A program made the translations under genes and the position numbers. Shown here piece by piece: positions 42,131 to 59,835 of a stretch of DNA of 64,000 nt; within the stretch, counting starts at the first letter, position 1; each line of letters begins with the position of its first letter. Under the pieces are notes generated by a model that was given only the letters and a program-made list of their open reading frames with translations, had not been told where the DNA came from and searched no databases. Source of the DNA: Candidatus Brocadiia bacterium (GTDB lineage: Bacteria; Planctomycetota; Brocadiia; CAIUPP01); assembly GCA_050015075.1 (NCBI GenBank), contig JBEKCB010000027.1, positions 1-64,000 of the forward strand. The letters are read 5' to 3'.

Positions 42131-42502
42131 CTACTTCGGCCGCTTGGCGCCGTACTTGGAGCGGCCCCGCCGCCGGGCCTCGACGCCGGTGGCATCGAGC
42201 TTGCCGCGGATGATGTGATACCGGACGCCCGGCAGGTCGCGCACTCGCCCGCCGCGCACGAGCACGGTCAGGTGTTCCTGGAGGTTGTGTCCCTCGCCAG
42301 GAATGTACACGATGATCTCGCGCCCGTTGCTCAGCCGCACCTTGGCCACCTTGCGGAGGGCGCTGTTCGGCTTCTTCGGCGTGCGCGTCATCACCTGCAG
42401 GCAAACGCCGCGCTTCTGCGGGCAACCCTGCAGGTCCGGCCGCTTGCTCTTCGTGCGGACCGTCTTGCGGCCCTTGCGGACCAACTGGCTGATCGTCGGC
42501 AT
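42131..42502 (-). CDS. rpsL: 30S ribosomal protein S12
   Basis: [11 protein letters not shown] and [12 protein letters not shown]. Confidence 0.98.
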   Translation of the reverse strand: MPTISQLVRKGRKTVRTKSKRPDLQGCPQKRGVCLQVMTRTPKKPNSALRKVAKVRLSNGREIIVYIPGEGHNLQEHLTVLVRGGRVRDLPGVRYHIIRGKLDATGVEARRRGRSKYGAKRPK

Positions 42503-42535
42503 TCTCGTACTCCTATAACCGTTTTCCCCGGCGGA

Positions 42536-46654
<4,119 letters not shown>

Positions 46655-46725
46655 AACTTCGTCTCCTTTAACATGGCCGCCCGGATGCAGCGGCCCCAGG
46701 AACGGAACTCATCTTTTCAGCCGGC

Positions 46726-50427
<3,702 letters not shown>

Positions 50428-50429
50428 CT

Positions 50430-50479
50430 GAACGACGATGGCCCATGGACGATGGACCCTCGTCCGTCGTTGATCGTTC
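50430..50479. repeat. Imperfect hairpin built from gacgatg-like heptamers
   Basis: gaacgacgatggcccatggacgatggac...cgtccgtcgttgatcgttc with closing gaacga/tcgttc. Confidence 0.65.
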
Positions 50480-50485
50480 GCCTCC

Positions 50486-50893
50486 TCACTTCAATTCGAC
50501 CTTAGCGCCGACTTCCTCGAGCTTGGCCTTGATCTTCTGGGCTTCATCCTTGCCCACGGCTTCCTTGACCGGCTTCGGGGCGGTGTCCACGAGGGCCTTG
50601 GCTTCCTTGAGCCCGAGGGTCGTGAACTCGCGGACGACCTTGATGGCCTGCAGCTTGTTCGGGCCGGCGTTGACGAGGATGACGTCGAAGTCGGTCTTCT
50701 CCTCGGCGGCGGCAGCGGCGGCCGGAGCGGCAACGGCGGCGGCGGCCGCGACGGGCGCGGCGGAAACGCCGAACTTCTGCTCGAACGCCTTGACCAGCTC
50801 GGCGGATTCGAGCAGCGTCATGCCGGAAACCAGCTCCAGCACCTGCTGCACCTTCGGGGACAACGACGCGGCGGTCTGAGTTGCTTCGCCCAT
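50486..50893 (-). CDS. rplL: 50S ribosomal protein L7/L12
   Basis: EEKTDFDV and LGLKEAK.LVD.APK. Confidence 0.97.
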   Translation of the reverse strand: MGEATQTAASLSPKVQQVLELVSGMTLLESAELVKAFEQKFGVSAAPVAAAAAVAAPAAAAAAEEKTDFDVILVNAGPNKLQAIKVVREFTTLGLKEAKALVDTAPKPVKEAVGKDEAQKIKAKLEEVGAKVELK

Positions 50894-51023
50894 GAGTCCT
50901 CTCCTTTTAACGTTTAACTTTATCACCCGCTCACGAAATCACGGAGAACCGCAGTCGTTTCTCCGGGTGAGCGAGTGACCTTGCGGCCCAACCGTCCACA
51001 CCAAGCCCGCGACAGCGAGGCGG

Positions 51024-51608
51024 CTACGCGGCCGCTCCGCCGGGGACGGGTCCAGAAGCTGCCGCTTGCGGGCTGGGCGGCGGACTCATCCCTTCCTTCT
51101 GATTCCGGATTCCTTCGAGAGCGCAGGCGAGGCTCCGGAAAATGCTCTGGAACGCGCCGGCGGTGCGCGCCATCGGGGCGCGGAGGCTGCCGGCCATCTG
51201 GGCGCGCAGGACCGCCATCGGCGGAATGCTCGCCAGCACGGCGATCCCGGCCTTCTCGTACGCGGCGCCGTCCATGTAGCCGCCGCGGATGGAAATCCGG
51301 TTCTCGAGTTTCTTCGACTGCTCCACCATGATCTTGCAGATCGCCGGCAGGTCCACCTGGCCGGTCACGAGCGCGCAGGGCCCCTGCAGGAACTTGGTCC
51401 CGGCGCCGATTCCGCTGCCCTCGAGCACTCGCGCGGCCACGGAGTTCTTGACGACCTCGATGTGGATCCGGCTGTCGCGCAGCAGCTTGCGGAACTGCGC
51501 GGTCTCGGGGCCGGTCAGCCGCTCGAACCCGACCACCAGGTAATTCGTGCCTTTGGGGAACCGCTGCTCCATCTCGGCAGCGATCATGCGATTCATCTCT
51601 TTCGGCAT
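51024..51608 (-). CDS. rplJ: 50S ribosomal protein L10
   Basis: GLT-like RLT, VVKNS and GP motifs; position between rplA and rplL. Confidence 0.92.
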   Translation of the reverse strand: MPKEMNRMIAAEMEQRFPKGTNYLVVGFERLTGPETAQFRKLLRDSRIHIEVVKNSVAARVLEGSGIGAGTKFLQGPCALVTGQVDLPAICKIMVEQSKKLENRISIRGGYMDGAAYEKAGIAVLASIPPMAVLRAQMAGSLRAPMARTAGAFQSIFRSLACALEGIRNQKEGMSPPPSPQAAASGPVPGGAAA

Positions 51609-51667
51609 GTGCGCGCTCCCTCAGTCTGAAGTGCAATTCATTGCGGATCAGCCAACGTTCACGCTTC

Positions 51668-52348
51668 TCATACCGCCAGGCGGATCGCCGGGCTCATCGT
51701 GGAAGAGAGATACGCGCCCACGATGAACACGCCCTTCACACTGGCCGGTTTCGCGGCCTGAATATGCGCGATGAAGGACTCGACGTTCTGCCGAAGGTCC
51801 TCCTCGGAGAAACTGAGTTTGCCGACGGGCGCGTGCAGATTGCCCGTCGCGTCGGTCCGGTACTCCATGCGCCCGGCCCGGAACTCCTTGACTGCCTGCG
51901 GCACGTTCTCGGCCACGGTGCCGCTCTTGGGCGAGGGCATTTTGCCCTGCGGGCCGAGGACGCGGCCCAGCTTGCCGACGATGCGCATCATGTCGGGGGC
52001 GGCCACGGCGATGTCGAACTCCGTCCAGCCGTCCTGCACTTTCTTGACGAGTTCTTCGCCGCCCGCCTCGACGGCGCCGGCTTCCTTGGCGGCCTCGGCC
52101 GCGGCGCCGACGCAGAAAGCGATGACGCGCTTTTCCCTGCCCAGGCCCTTCGGCAGGCTCGCCGAGCCGCGCAACATCTGGTCGGGCTGCTTGACGTCGA
52201 CGCCGAGCCGCATAGAAATCTCCACGGTCTCGTCGAACTTCGCCGGCGGAAACGTCTTGAGCACGGCGACCGCCTCCGCGACGGCGTACCGCTTGCTGGC
52301 GTCAACCTTCTTCTGCGCTTCGCGAAATCGTTTGCTGTTTTGGGCCAT
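51668..52348 (-). CDS. rplA: 50S ribosomal protein L1
   Basis: KFDETVE, LGP.GKMPSPK.GTV and SSTMSP. Confidence 0.98.
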   Translation of the reverse strand: MAQNSKRFREAQKKVDASKRYAVAEAVAVLKTFPPAKFDETVEISMRLGVDVKQPDQMLRGSASLPKGLGREKRVIAFCVGAAAEAAKEAGAVEAGGEELVKKVQDGWTEFDIAVAAPDMMRIVGKLGRVLGPQGKMPSPKSGTVAENVPQAVKEFRAGRMEYRTDATGNLHAPVGKLSFSEEDLRQNVESFIAHIQAAKPASVKGVFIVGAYLSSTMSPAIRLAV

Positions 52349-52360
52349 GAACTTACTCCA

Positions 52361-52786
52361 CTATGCTATCTCGATACCCATGCTGCGCGCGGTGCCCGCG
52401 ATGATGAGTTCAGCGGCGGCCACATCGGCTGCGTTGAGGTCTTTCATCTTCAGCGTGGCGATCTCGCGGACCTGCGCGCGGGTGACCTTGCCCACTTTTT
52501 CCTTATTCGGCGTGCCGGATCCCTTCGCGACCCCGGCGGCCTTCTTGAGGAGGACCGCCGCCGGCGGCGTCTTCGTGATGAAATCGAACGAGTGGTCGCG
52601 GTAAACGGTGATCTCGACCGGGATCGTCATCCCCGCCGCGTCGCGCGTCCGCTCGTTGAACTTCCGGACGAACTCGCCGATGTTGACGCCGTGCTGGCCG
52701 AGGGCCGGGCCGACCGGCGGGGCCGGCGTCGCCTGGCCGCCGGCGCACTGAATCTTGATCTTCGTGAGTATCGGTTTGCTGGCCAT
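52361..52786 (-). CDS. rplK: 50S ribosomal protein L11
   Basis: [16 protein letters not shown] and GTARSMGI. Confidence 0.98.
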   Translation of the reverse strand: MASKPILTKIKIQCAGGQATPAPPVGPALGQHGVNIGEFVRKFNERTRDAAGMTIPVEITVYRDHSFDFITKTPPAAVLLKKAAGVAKGSGTPNKEKVGKVTRAQVREIATLKMKDLNAADVAAAELIIAGTARSMGIEIA

Positions 52787-52807
52787 GTTTTGACTCCGAC
52801 GAAACTC

Positions 52808-53356
52808 CTACACTCGTTCCACTTGCCAGTACTCGAGTTCGACCGGCGTGGGCCGTCCGAAGATCGTGACGATGACCTTGACCGTGCCCTTGGCCGGCGA
52901 GACTTCCTCGACAGTGCCTTCGAAATTCTCGAACGGGCCTTCCTTGATTCGGACCGCTTCCCCGCCGGAGAAGCCGATCTTGAGTTTGGGCGCCTCTTCA
53001 CGGTGCTCGACTTCGCCGAGGATTTTCTCGACGTCGCGCTTGCCCATGGAGATCGGGCGATTGCCATCGCTCAGGAAATCGCCGATGCCCGGCGTTTCGC
53101 GGATGGTGAACCAGGCGGTCTGGGGAATATCCACCACCTCGCCGGTCTCGATCTCGATCATGATATAACCGGGGTAAATCTTGCGCTCGCGGACGCGCTT
53201 CTGCCCGCCGCGGATTTCGGAGATGCGTTCGCTGGGCACCACGATGCGGCAAACGGTCGCCTGGAGCGCATCCGCGCGGACTCGGCGCTCGAGCGCTTCG
53301 CGCACCTGGTCTTCCTTGCCGCTCTGGACGCGCACGACGTACCAGTTCTTGGACAT
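52808..53356 (-). CDS. nusG: Transcription elongation factor NusG
   Basis: WYVV..SG.E, YPGY, GPF.NF.G and IFGRPTPVEL. Confidence 0.97.
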   Translation of the reverse strand: MSKNWYVVRVQSGKEDQVREALERRVRADALQATVCRIVVPSERISEIRGGQKRVRERKIYPGYIMIEIETGEVVDIPQTAWFTIRETPGIGDFLSDGNRPISMGKRDVEKILGEVEHREEAPKLKIGFSGGEAVRIKEGPFENFEGTVEEVSPAKGTVKVIVTIFGRPTPVELEYWQVERV

Positions 53357-53385
53357 TAGGGGAAGTCTCTCCGAAAAGCCCGGAC

Positions 53386-53793
53386 CTACTTCGTTCTGTA
53401 CAGGCGCAGGATGCCGGACGTGAAAATCAGGTCCGCGACCCACAGCACCGCTGAAAACACTACCAGCGCGATAATGACCACCAACGTCTGCCGTTTGAGT
53501 TCCGCATACGTCGGCCAGGAAACCTTGCGAAGCTCGATCTCGCTCATGATCAGGTAGTCCACGAACTTCGGAAGGTTGATCAGCCAGACAATCAGCGCCG
53601 CCGCTCCCAGGAACACCAGGATGCTGACCAGCGCGCTGTAGGCCACTTCGGTGCTGCCGACGTGGAAACTGCCGCCGACGGCGCTAAGGTAGTCGAACAG
53701 CTCATAAGTGCCGAACGCCGCGAGGGCGCCCATGCCGACGGCCGCAATCGCGCGCGCAGTTGTGCCTTGGCCTTTTTTGTAAATCTCAAACAT
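53386..53793 (-). CDS. secE: Preprotein translocase SecE (3-TM form)
   Basis: ELRKVSWP motif; between tRNA-Trp and nusG. Confidence 0.93.
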   Translation of the reverse strand: MFEIYKKGQGTTARAIAAVGMGALAAFGTYELFDYLSAVGGSFHVGSTEVAYSALVSILVFLGAAALIVWLINLPKFVDYLIMSEIELRKVSWPTYAELKRQTLVVIIALVVFSAVLWVADLIFTSGILRLYRTK

Positions 53794-53855
53794 CCTGCCT
53801 CCGCTGCCTCTTCAAGCTGAACCTGTGCGGCTCTCGTCGCGGACCGTTCGATAAT

Positions 53856-53931
53856 TGGCAGGCCAGGAGGGAGTCGAACCCCCAACATTCCGCTTTGGAG
53901 ACGGATGCTCTGCCAATTGAGCTACTGGCCT
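53856..53931 (-). tRNA. tRNA-Trp (CCA)
   Basis: AGGCCAG acceptor stem, anticodon loop CTCCAAA, GTTCGAC T-loop, encoded CCA. Confidence 0.95.
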
Positions 53932-53984
53932 GCCCATCTGCGCGGCTCGGCGTTCGCCCGTGCGGCCGCGCCCGGCGGAAGAAA

Positions 53985-54134
53985 CTACTTCTTCTTCTCG
54001 ACGTGGACAGTCCGCTTCCGGTCGTACTTGCAATACTTCTTCAGCTCGAGCTTCTTGCCGGCCCGCGTTTCGCGGCTGGTGCGGTAGTTGCGGTTCCCGC
54101 ACACCGTGCATTCAAGGCTCATGAATTCGCGCAT
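53985..54134 (-). CDS. rpmG: 50S ribosomal protein L33
   Basis: Manual translation MREFMSLECTVCGNRNYRTSRETRAGKKLELKKYCKYDRKRTVHVEKKK. Confidence 0.95.
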   Translation of the reverse strand: MREFMSLECTVCGNRNYRTSRETRAGKKLELKKYCKYDRKRTVHVEKKK

Positions 54135-54161
54135 CGCGAAACCTTCCGATAAACGTTTCGA

Positions 54162-55364
<1,203 letters not shown>

Positions 55365-55439
55365 TGTCTTTCTCCTATCCTGGTCTATACCACTCCGGTA
55401 TGCCCCTCGTGAGCACCGGACTCAGCGCGTCGCATTGCG

Positions 55440-55514
<75 letters not shown>

Positions 55515-55554
55515 GCCCTTCACTCAGCCGTCAGCAGGCCGTCGCTTCCCCAGA

Positions 55555-55628
55555 TGGAGCGGGCGATGGGAATCGAACCCACACAGCCAGCTTGGAAGGC
55601 TGGAGCTCTGCCATTGAGCTACGCCCGC
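55555..55628 (-). tRNA. tRNA-Gly (TCC)
   Basis: GCGGGCG stem, anticodon loop CTTCCAA and CCA end. Confidence 0.95.
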
Positions 55629-55631
55629 CAA

Positions 55632-55717
55632 TGGTGGGGAGAGCAGGATTCGAACCTGCGAAGGACAGTGCCAACAGATTTACAGTCTGTCCCCTTTGGC
55701 CGCTTGGGTATCTCCCC
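55632..55717 (-). tRNA. tRNA-Tyr (GTA)
   Basis: Anticodon loop CTGTAAA, long variable arm and CCA end. Confidence 0.95.
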
Positions 55718-55726
55718 GGCGTCTTC

Positions 55727-55801
55727 TGGAGCTAGCGGTGGGAATTGGACCCACAACCTGCGGTTTACAAAACCGCCGCTCTGCCATTGAGCTACGCTAG
55801 C
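55727..55801 (-). tRNA. tRNA-Thr (TGT)
   Basis: Anticodon loop TTTGTAA and CCA end; atypical T-loop TCCAATT. Confidence 0.9.
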
Positions 55802-55833
55802 AACATCATCGGCGCGGACACATCGGAAAGGGT

Positions 55834-55861
55834 ATTATACCAAAACGGCCGCGACTTGCAA
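55834..55861 (-). promoter_or_regulatory. Promoter of the tRNA-tuf operon, TTGCAA-16-TATAAT with extended -10 (TGG)
   Basis: Perfect -10 with TG extension upstream of the tRNA cluster. Confidence 0.65.
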
Positions 55862-55975
55862 CCCTGGATTTCAGGAATAAGACTCCCCCGCCCCGACGAT
55901 GTCCGCGACAACGTCCGGGATCTGCAGCCACCTGTCTGCACTGGGCGAAGTCACCTGGAAGGGAGTGCGTGCATT

Positions 55976-56052
55976 TGGCACCCCCCGCAGGGCTCAAACC
56001 TGCAACCTTCGGCTCCGGAGGCCGACGCTCTATTCAATTGAGCTAGGGGGGC
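55976..56052 (-). tRNA. tRNA-Arg (CCG)
   Basis: Anticodon loop CTCCGGA and CCA end; A19/T56 variant. Confidence 0.9.
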
Positions 56053-56092
56053 GTCTGGTCACATCCTCGCGCGCCAGGTCTACAGCGCAGTT

Positions 56093-56121
56093 ATCTTATC
56101 ACACATGTTTCGCCGATTCAA
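56093..56121 (-). promoter_or_regulatory. Promoter TTGAAT-17-TAAGAT for tRNA-Arg
   Basis: Near-consensus boxes with TG extension. Confidence 0.55.
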
Positions 56122-56132
56122 GCCCTTCTGAC

Positions 56133-56160
56133 TTGATAATCGCGGGCGGAAAGATATAAT
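56133..56160 (+). promoter_or_regulatory. Promoter TTGATA-16-TATAAT for the ffh operon
   Basis: Perfect -10 and near-consensus -35. Confidence 0.6.
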
Positions 56161-56196
56161 AAGATGTTTTCGCCGATCCCCTTCGAGAGCAATGGT

Positions 56197-57564
56197 ATGT
56201 TTGAGTCGCTCACGGAAAACTTGAATACCGTCTTCAGAAAGCTGCGCGGCACCGCCGTCATCAGCGAGGGGAACACCCGCGACGCCATGCGCGAAATCCG
56301 CACGGCCCTGCTCGAAGCTGATGTCAGCTATAAAGTCGTCAAGGACTTCTCGAACACCTGCATCGAACGCGCGCTCGGCCAGGAAGTGCTCCGCAGCGTC
56401 GCGCCCGGACAGCAGATCGTCAAGATCGTGCATGACGAACTGGTCCAGCTCATGGGCCCGGTGGACCACGCGATCCGTTTCGCGGAACACCCGCCCACCG
56501 TCATCATGCTCGCCGGCCTCCAGGGATCGGGCAAGACGACGACCGCCGGCAAGCTCGGGCGCTACCTGCAGCAGCGCGGCCACTCGCCCATGCTCGTCGC
56601 GGCGGACGTGCAGCGTCCCGCCGCCGTGCAGCAGTTGCGCGTGCTCGGCGAGGAACTCCACATGCCGGTCTATTCCGAGGGCAGCGGCCGCCCGCCCCGC
56701 ATCTGCGAACGTTCTCTCGACGCCGCGCGCCAGGCGAATTGCGACGTCGTGGTCCTCGACACCGCCGGCCGTCTCCACATTGACGAAGAGCTGATGGCGG
56801 AGCTGCTCGAGATCAAGACGCGCGCGAAGCCGCAGCAGATTTTCCTGGTGTGCGACGCGATGACCGGCCAGGACGCGGTCAACAGCGCCAACGAGTTCAA
56901 CGCCCAGCTCGACATTGACGGCGTGATCCTGACCAAGCTCGACGGCGACGCGCGCGGCGGCGCGGCGCTCAGCATCAAGGCGGTCACCGGAAAGCCGGTC
57001 AAGTTCATCGGCGTCGGCGAAAAACTCGACACCCTCGAAGAGTTCCACCCCGACCGCATGGCCTCGCGCATCCTCGGCATGGGCGACATCGTGACGCTGG
57101 TCGAAAAAGTCCAGGCCGAAGTGGACGTGAAGCGCGGCCGGGAGCTGCAGGAGAAAATCCGGAAGCGGACCCTCTCGCTCGAGGACTTCCTGCAGCAGCT
57201 TCAGCAGTTCAAGAAAATGGGGAACATCCAGGACATGCTTGGGCTTCTGCCCGGGATGGGCGGCATGGATTTCTCCTCGGCCCAGGGCGAGGTGACGAGG
57301 GTCGAGGCGATCATCCGGTCCATGACCCCGGAAGAGCGCAACAACCCGGACATCGTGGACAGCTCGCGGCGCCGCCGCATCGCGGCCGGGAGCGGAAGCA
57401 ACTCGCAGGAGATCAACCACCTGCTGAAGCAGTTCCGCCAGATGATGAAACTCATGAGGCGTTTCGGAGAGGGCGGCAAGGGGCCGAAAGGGTTTGGACT
57501 TCCGCCGATGGCGGGCTCCAGAACTCCGCGTCTCGGGCCCCGCCCGCCTATGCCAGGTCACTAA
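56197..57564 (+). CDS. ffh: Signal recognition particle protein
   Basis: GLQGSGKTT, DTAGR, TKLDGDARGGAALS and M domain (SMT.EER, SRRRRIAAGSG). Confidence 0.98.
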   Translation: MFESLTENLNTVFRKLRGTAVISEGNTRDAMREIRTALLEADVSYKVVKDFSNTCIERALGQEVLRSVAPGQQIVKIVHDELVQLMGPVDHAIRFAEHPPTVIMLAGLQGSGKTTTAGKLGRYLQQRGHSPMLVAADVQRPAAVQQLRVLGEELHMPVYSEGSGRPPRICERSLDAARQANCDVVVLDTAGRLHIDEELMAELLEIKTRAKPQQIFLVCDAMTGQDAVNSANEFNAQLDIDGVILTKLDGDARGGAALSIKAVTGKPVKFIGVGEKLDTLEEFHPDRMASRILGMGDIVTLVEKVQAEVDVKRGRELQEKIRKRTLSLEDFLQQLQQFKKMGNIQDMLGLLPGMGGMDFSSAQGEVTRVEAIIRSMTPEERNNPDIVDSSRRRRIAAGSGSNSQEINHLLKQFRQMMKLMRRFGEGGKGPKGFGLPPMAGSRTPRLGPRPPMPGH

Positions 57565-57581
57565 CGTTTAAAGGAGGACAC

Positions 57582-57836
57582 GTGGCAGTCAAGATTCGTT
57601 TGAAGAAAACGGGCCGCAAGAATCGTCCGTCGTACCGGATCGTGGCGACGGACGCGCACGCGAAGCGCGACGGCAAGGAACTCGAAGTCCTCGGCCATTA
57701 CGACCCGCGCGCCGCCGACAAGGAAAAGCAGGTGGCGATTGACCGCGACCGCGTCCAGTACTGGCTCGGCGTCGGCGCGCAGCCGACGGACACGGTGGCC
57801 GGCATGCTGAAACGGGCGGGGATCAAGAAGGCCTGA
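57582..57836 (+). CDS. rpsP: 30S ribosomal protein S16
   Basis: VKIRL, YRIVA.D, RDG and GAQPTDTV. Confidence 0.97.
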   Translation: MAVKIRLKKTGRKNRPSYRIVATDAHAKRDGKELEVLGHYDPRAADKEKQVAIDRDRVQYWLGVGAQPTDTVAGMLKRAGIKKA

Positions 57837-57879
57837 CGGCTGCCGCGAACAGCCTCGCGAGGTCCGAGGACGGAACGTC

Positions 57880-58602
57880 ATGCGCGTGGATATTTTGACG
57901 CTCTTTCCGGCCATGTTCCCGCCGGTGCTGAGCGAGAGCATCCTGCGAATCGCCCAGGAGAAACGGATCGTGGAGTGCCACGTCCACGATCTCAGGCCGT
58001 TCGGCGAGGGCTCGCGCAGAAACGTGGACGACCGTCCGTACGGCGGCGGGCCCGGCATGGTGATGACCTGCGCGCCGGTGTTCCAGGCCGTTGAGGAGAT
58101 CGAACGCGAGGCGGGCCGAACGCACCGGATACTGACCTCGCCGCAAGGCCGCCTGCTGACGAACGAGGTGGCCGTGGAATTGGCCGCAAAGCCGCGCCTG
58201 CTCATCGTCTGCGGCCACTATGAGGGATATGACGAACGGATCCCGATGGGGCTTGAAGCGGACGAGATCTCCATCGGCGATTACGTGCTGACCGGAGGCG
58301 AGCTGGCTGCCATGGTCATTGTGGACGCCGCCGTCCGGCTGATCCCGGGCGTCCTCGGCGATGAGGAATCGAGCCGCCGCGACTCGTTCGCGCAAGGCGT
58401 GCTCGGGTATCCTCAGTACACGCGGCCGCCGGAGTTTCGCGGCATGAAGGTGCCCGAGGTGCTGCTCTCCGGCGATCACGGCGTCATTGCGGAGTGGCGC
58501 GCGGCGCAGGCCAGACTTCGCACGGCGCAGAGGAAGCCTGGTCTCCTGATGAAGCGAGGGGCGCCGGTCCCTCGCCGTGACGTCAAGGAATCGAGTTCGT
58601 AA
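57880..58602 (+). CDS. trmD: tRNA (guanine37-N1)-methyltransferase
   Basis: DDRPYGGGPGMV, CGHYEGYDER and SIGDYVLTGGE. Confidence 0.98.
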   Translation: MRVDILTLFPAMFPPVLSESILRIAQEKRIVECHVHDLRPFGEGSRRNVDDRPYGGGPGMVMTCAPVFQAVEEIEREAGRTHRILTSPQGRLLTNEVAVELAAKPRLLIVCGHYEGYDERIPMGLEADEISIGDYVLTGGELAAMVIVDAAVRLIPGVLGDEESSRRDSFAQGVLGYPQYTRPPEFRGMKVPEVLLSGDHGVIAEWRAAQARLRTAQRKPGLLMKRGAPVPRRDVKESSS

Positions 58603-58653
58603 CGTGCCCGGCTGGGTCGTTTTCCATTTCTCGTTTTGGGTCGGAGCAAGACT

Positions 58654-59094
58654 ATGACGAACCCCATCGTGCAGGAGCTCGAAAAAGCGCAGTTGAAGAA
58701 GACCGTCCCCGAGTTCGATATCGGCGATACCGTGGAAGTGCGCACGAAGATCAAGGAAGGCGACAAGGAACGCATCTCCGTGTTCATCGGCACCGTCATC
58801 GGCCGCCAGGGCACCGGTGTGCGCGAGACCTTCAAGGTCCGCCGCCTCGTACAGGGCGAGGGAGTCGAGAGGACGTTCCCGCTCCACAGTCCCCTGCTCA
58901 CCGAAGTGCGCGTCCGCCACAAGGGCGAAGTCCGGCGCGCCAAGCTTTATTACCTGCGCCGCCGCGTCGGCAAGGCCACGCGCATCAAGGGCCGGACGGT
59001 CCACGAAGTGGCCGGTTCCGAAAGCCAGCCGATCGCCGAGCCGCAAGCCGGCGCTGAGAAAGCGCCCGAGGCAAAAGCTCCCGCGAAGGAGTGA
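58654..59094 (+). CDS. rplS: 50S ribosomal protein L19
   Basis: EGDKER, GVERTFP.HSP and VRRAKLYYLR. Confidence 0.97.
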   Translation: MTNPIVQELEKAQLKKTVPEFDIGDTVEVRTKIKEGDKERISVFIGTVIGRQGTGVRETFKVRRLVQGEGVERTFPLHSPLLTEVRVRHKGEVRRAKLYYLRRRVGKATRIKGRTVHEVAGSESQPIAEPQAGAEKAPEAKAPAKE

Positions 59095-59100
59095 TCGGCG

Positions 59101-59484
59101 GTGCCCGGGAAATCGCGGCGCGTTCTGGGCGAGCAGGGTGAACGGCTTGCGGAGGAATTCCTCCGCAAGCTGGGCTGCAAGATCCTGCGCCGGAACTGGC
59201 ATTCCCGGCTCGGAGAGATTGATCTCATCGCGCGCGACGGCGACGAGGTCGTCTTTGTTGAAGTGAGGTTGCGCTCCTCGGGAGACTGGGGCGTCCTCCA
59301 GGAAGCCGCCCGCGCCGGAAAGCGGCGCCGCATCTGCCTCGCCGCGAGCGAGTTCGCGGACCGGAACCGCCTGCACGGGCACACGCTTCGGTTCGACGTC
59401 GTTGCCGTGCTCCTGCCGCCCGGCGGCGCGCCGGAAATCCGGCACTACAAAGACGCGTTTCCCATCGTCCGACCTACAAGCTGA
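59101..59484 (+). CDS. yraN: YraN family putative endonuclease
   Basis: G..GE..A, RN, GEIDLIA, VFVEV and RFDV. Confidence 0.9.
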   Translation: MPGKSRRVLGEQGERLAEEFLRKLGCKILRRNWHSRLGEIDLIARDGDEVVFVEVRLRSSGDWGVLQEAARAGKRRRICLAASEFADRNRLHGHTLRFDVVAVLLPPGGAPEIRHYKDAFPIVRPTS

Positions 59485-59527
59485 CGCGCTTCCCTCTAAG
59501 CCGCGGTTTCGGGCGGGAAGCTCGATC

Positions 59528-59572
59528 AAAAAGAAGACGGTTCGACGCTTTCACGCCGAACCGTCTTACTTT
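59528..59572. terminator. Intrinsic terminator, probably bidirectional (stronger U-tract on the minus strand)
   Basis: aaaaagaagacggttcg...cgaaccgtcttacttt. Confidence 0.75.
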
Positions 59573-59835
59573 CGATCCGGCCGCCTGGGTCTGCCCCCGC
59601 ACATCATCCCACATTCCCCGGCAGCCGGTTCTCGCCCCACTGCCGCAGTTTACCAGACCGACGACGCCAATCAATCGGGCGGCTGCCGATTCCTCGCATA
59701 GGAGAAACTCCTATGCGGCCGGCACGCAGGAAGCGCCGCGGCGACTTATGGTAATATGATGACGCATCCGCCCGCCGGGCGACGTCGCCCGACGGGAATT
59801 CGAGATGAGACCCGCAGCCGTTTTCCGAGAACGCC

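Noticed and set aside
57836-57880. Absence of rimM between rpsP and trmD
   Set aside because: A common operon variation; cannot be judged from one window.
59718-59745. SRP RNA suggested by CAGGAAGC near ffh
   Set aside because: Lacks the helix-8 arrangement (CAGG, GNRA tetraloop, AGCA) and a long closing stem.
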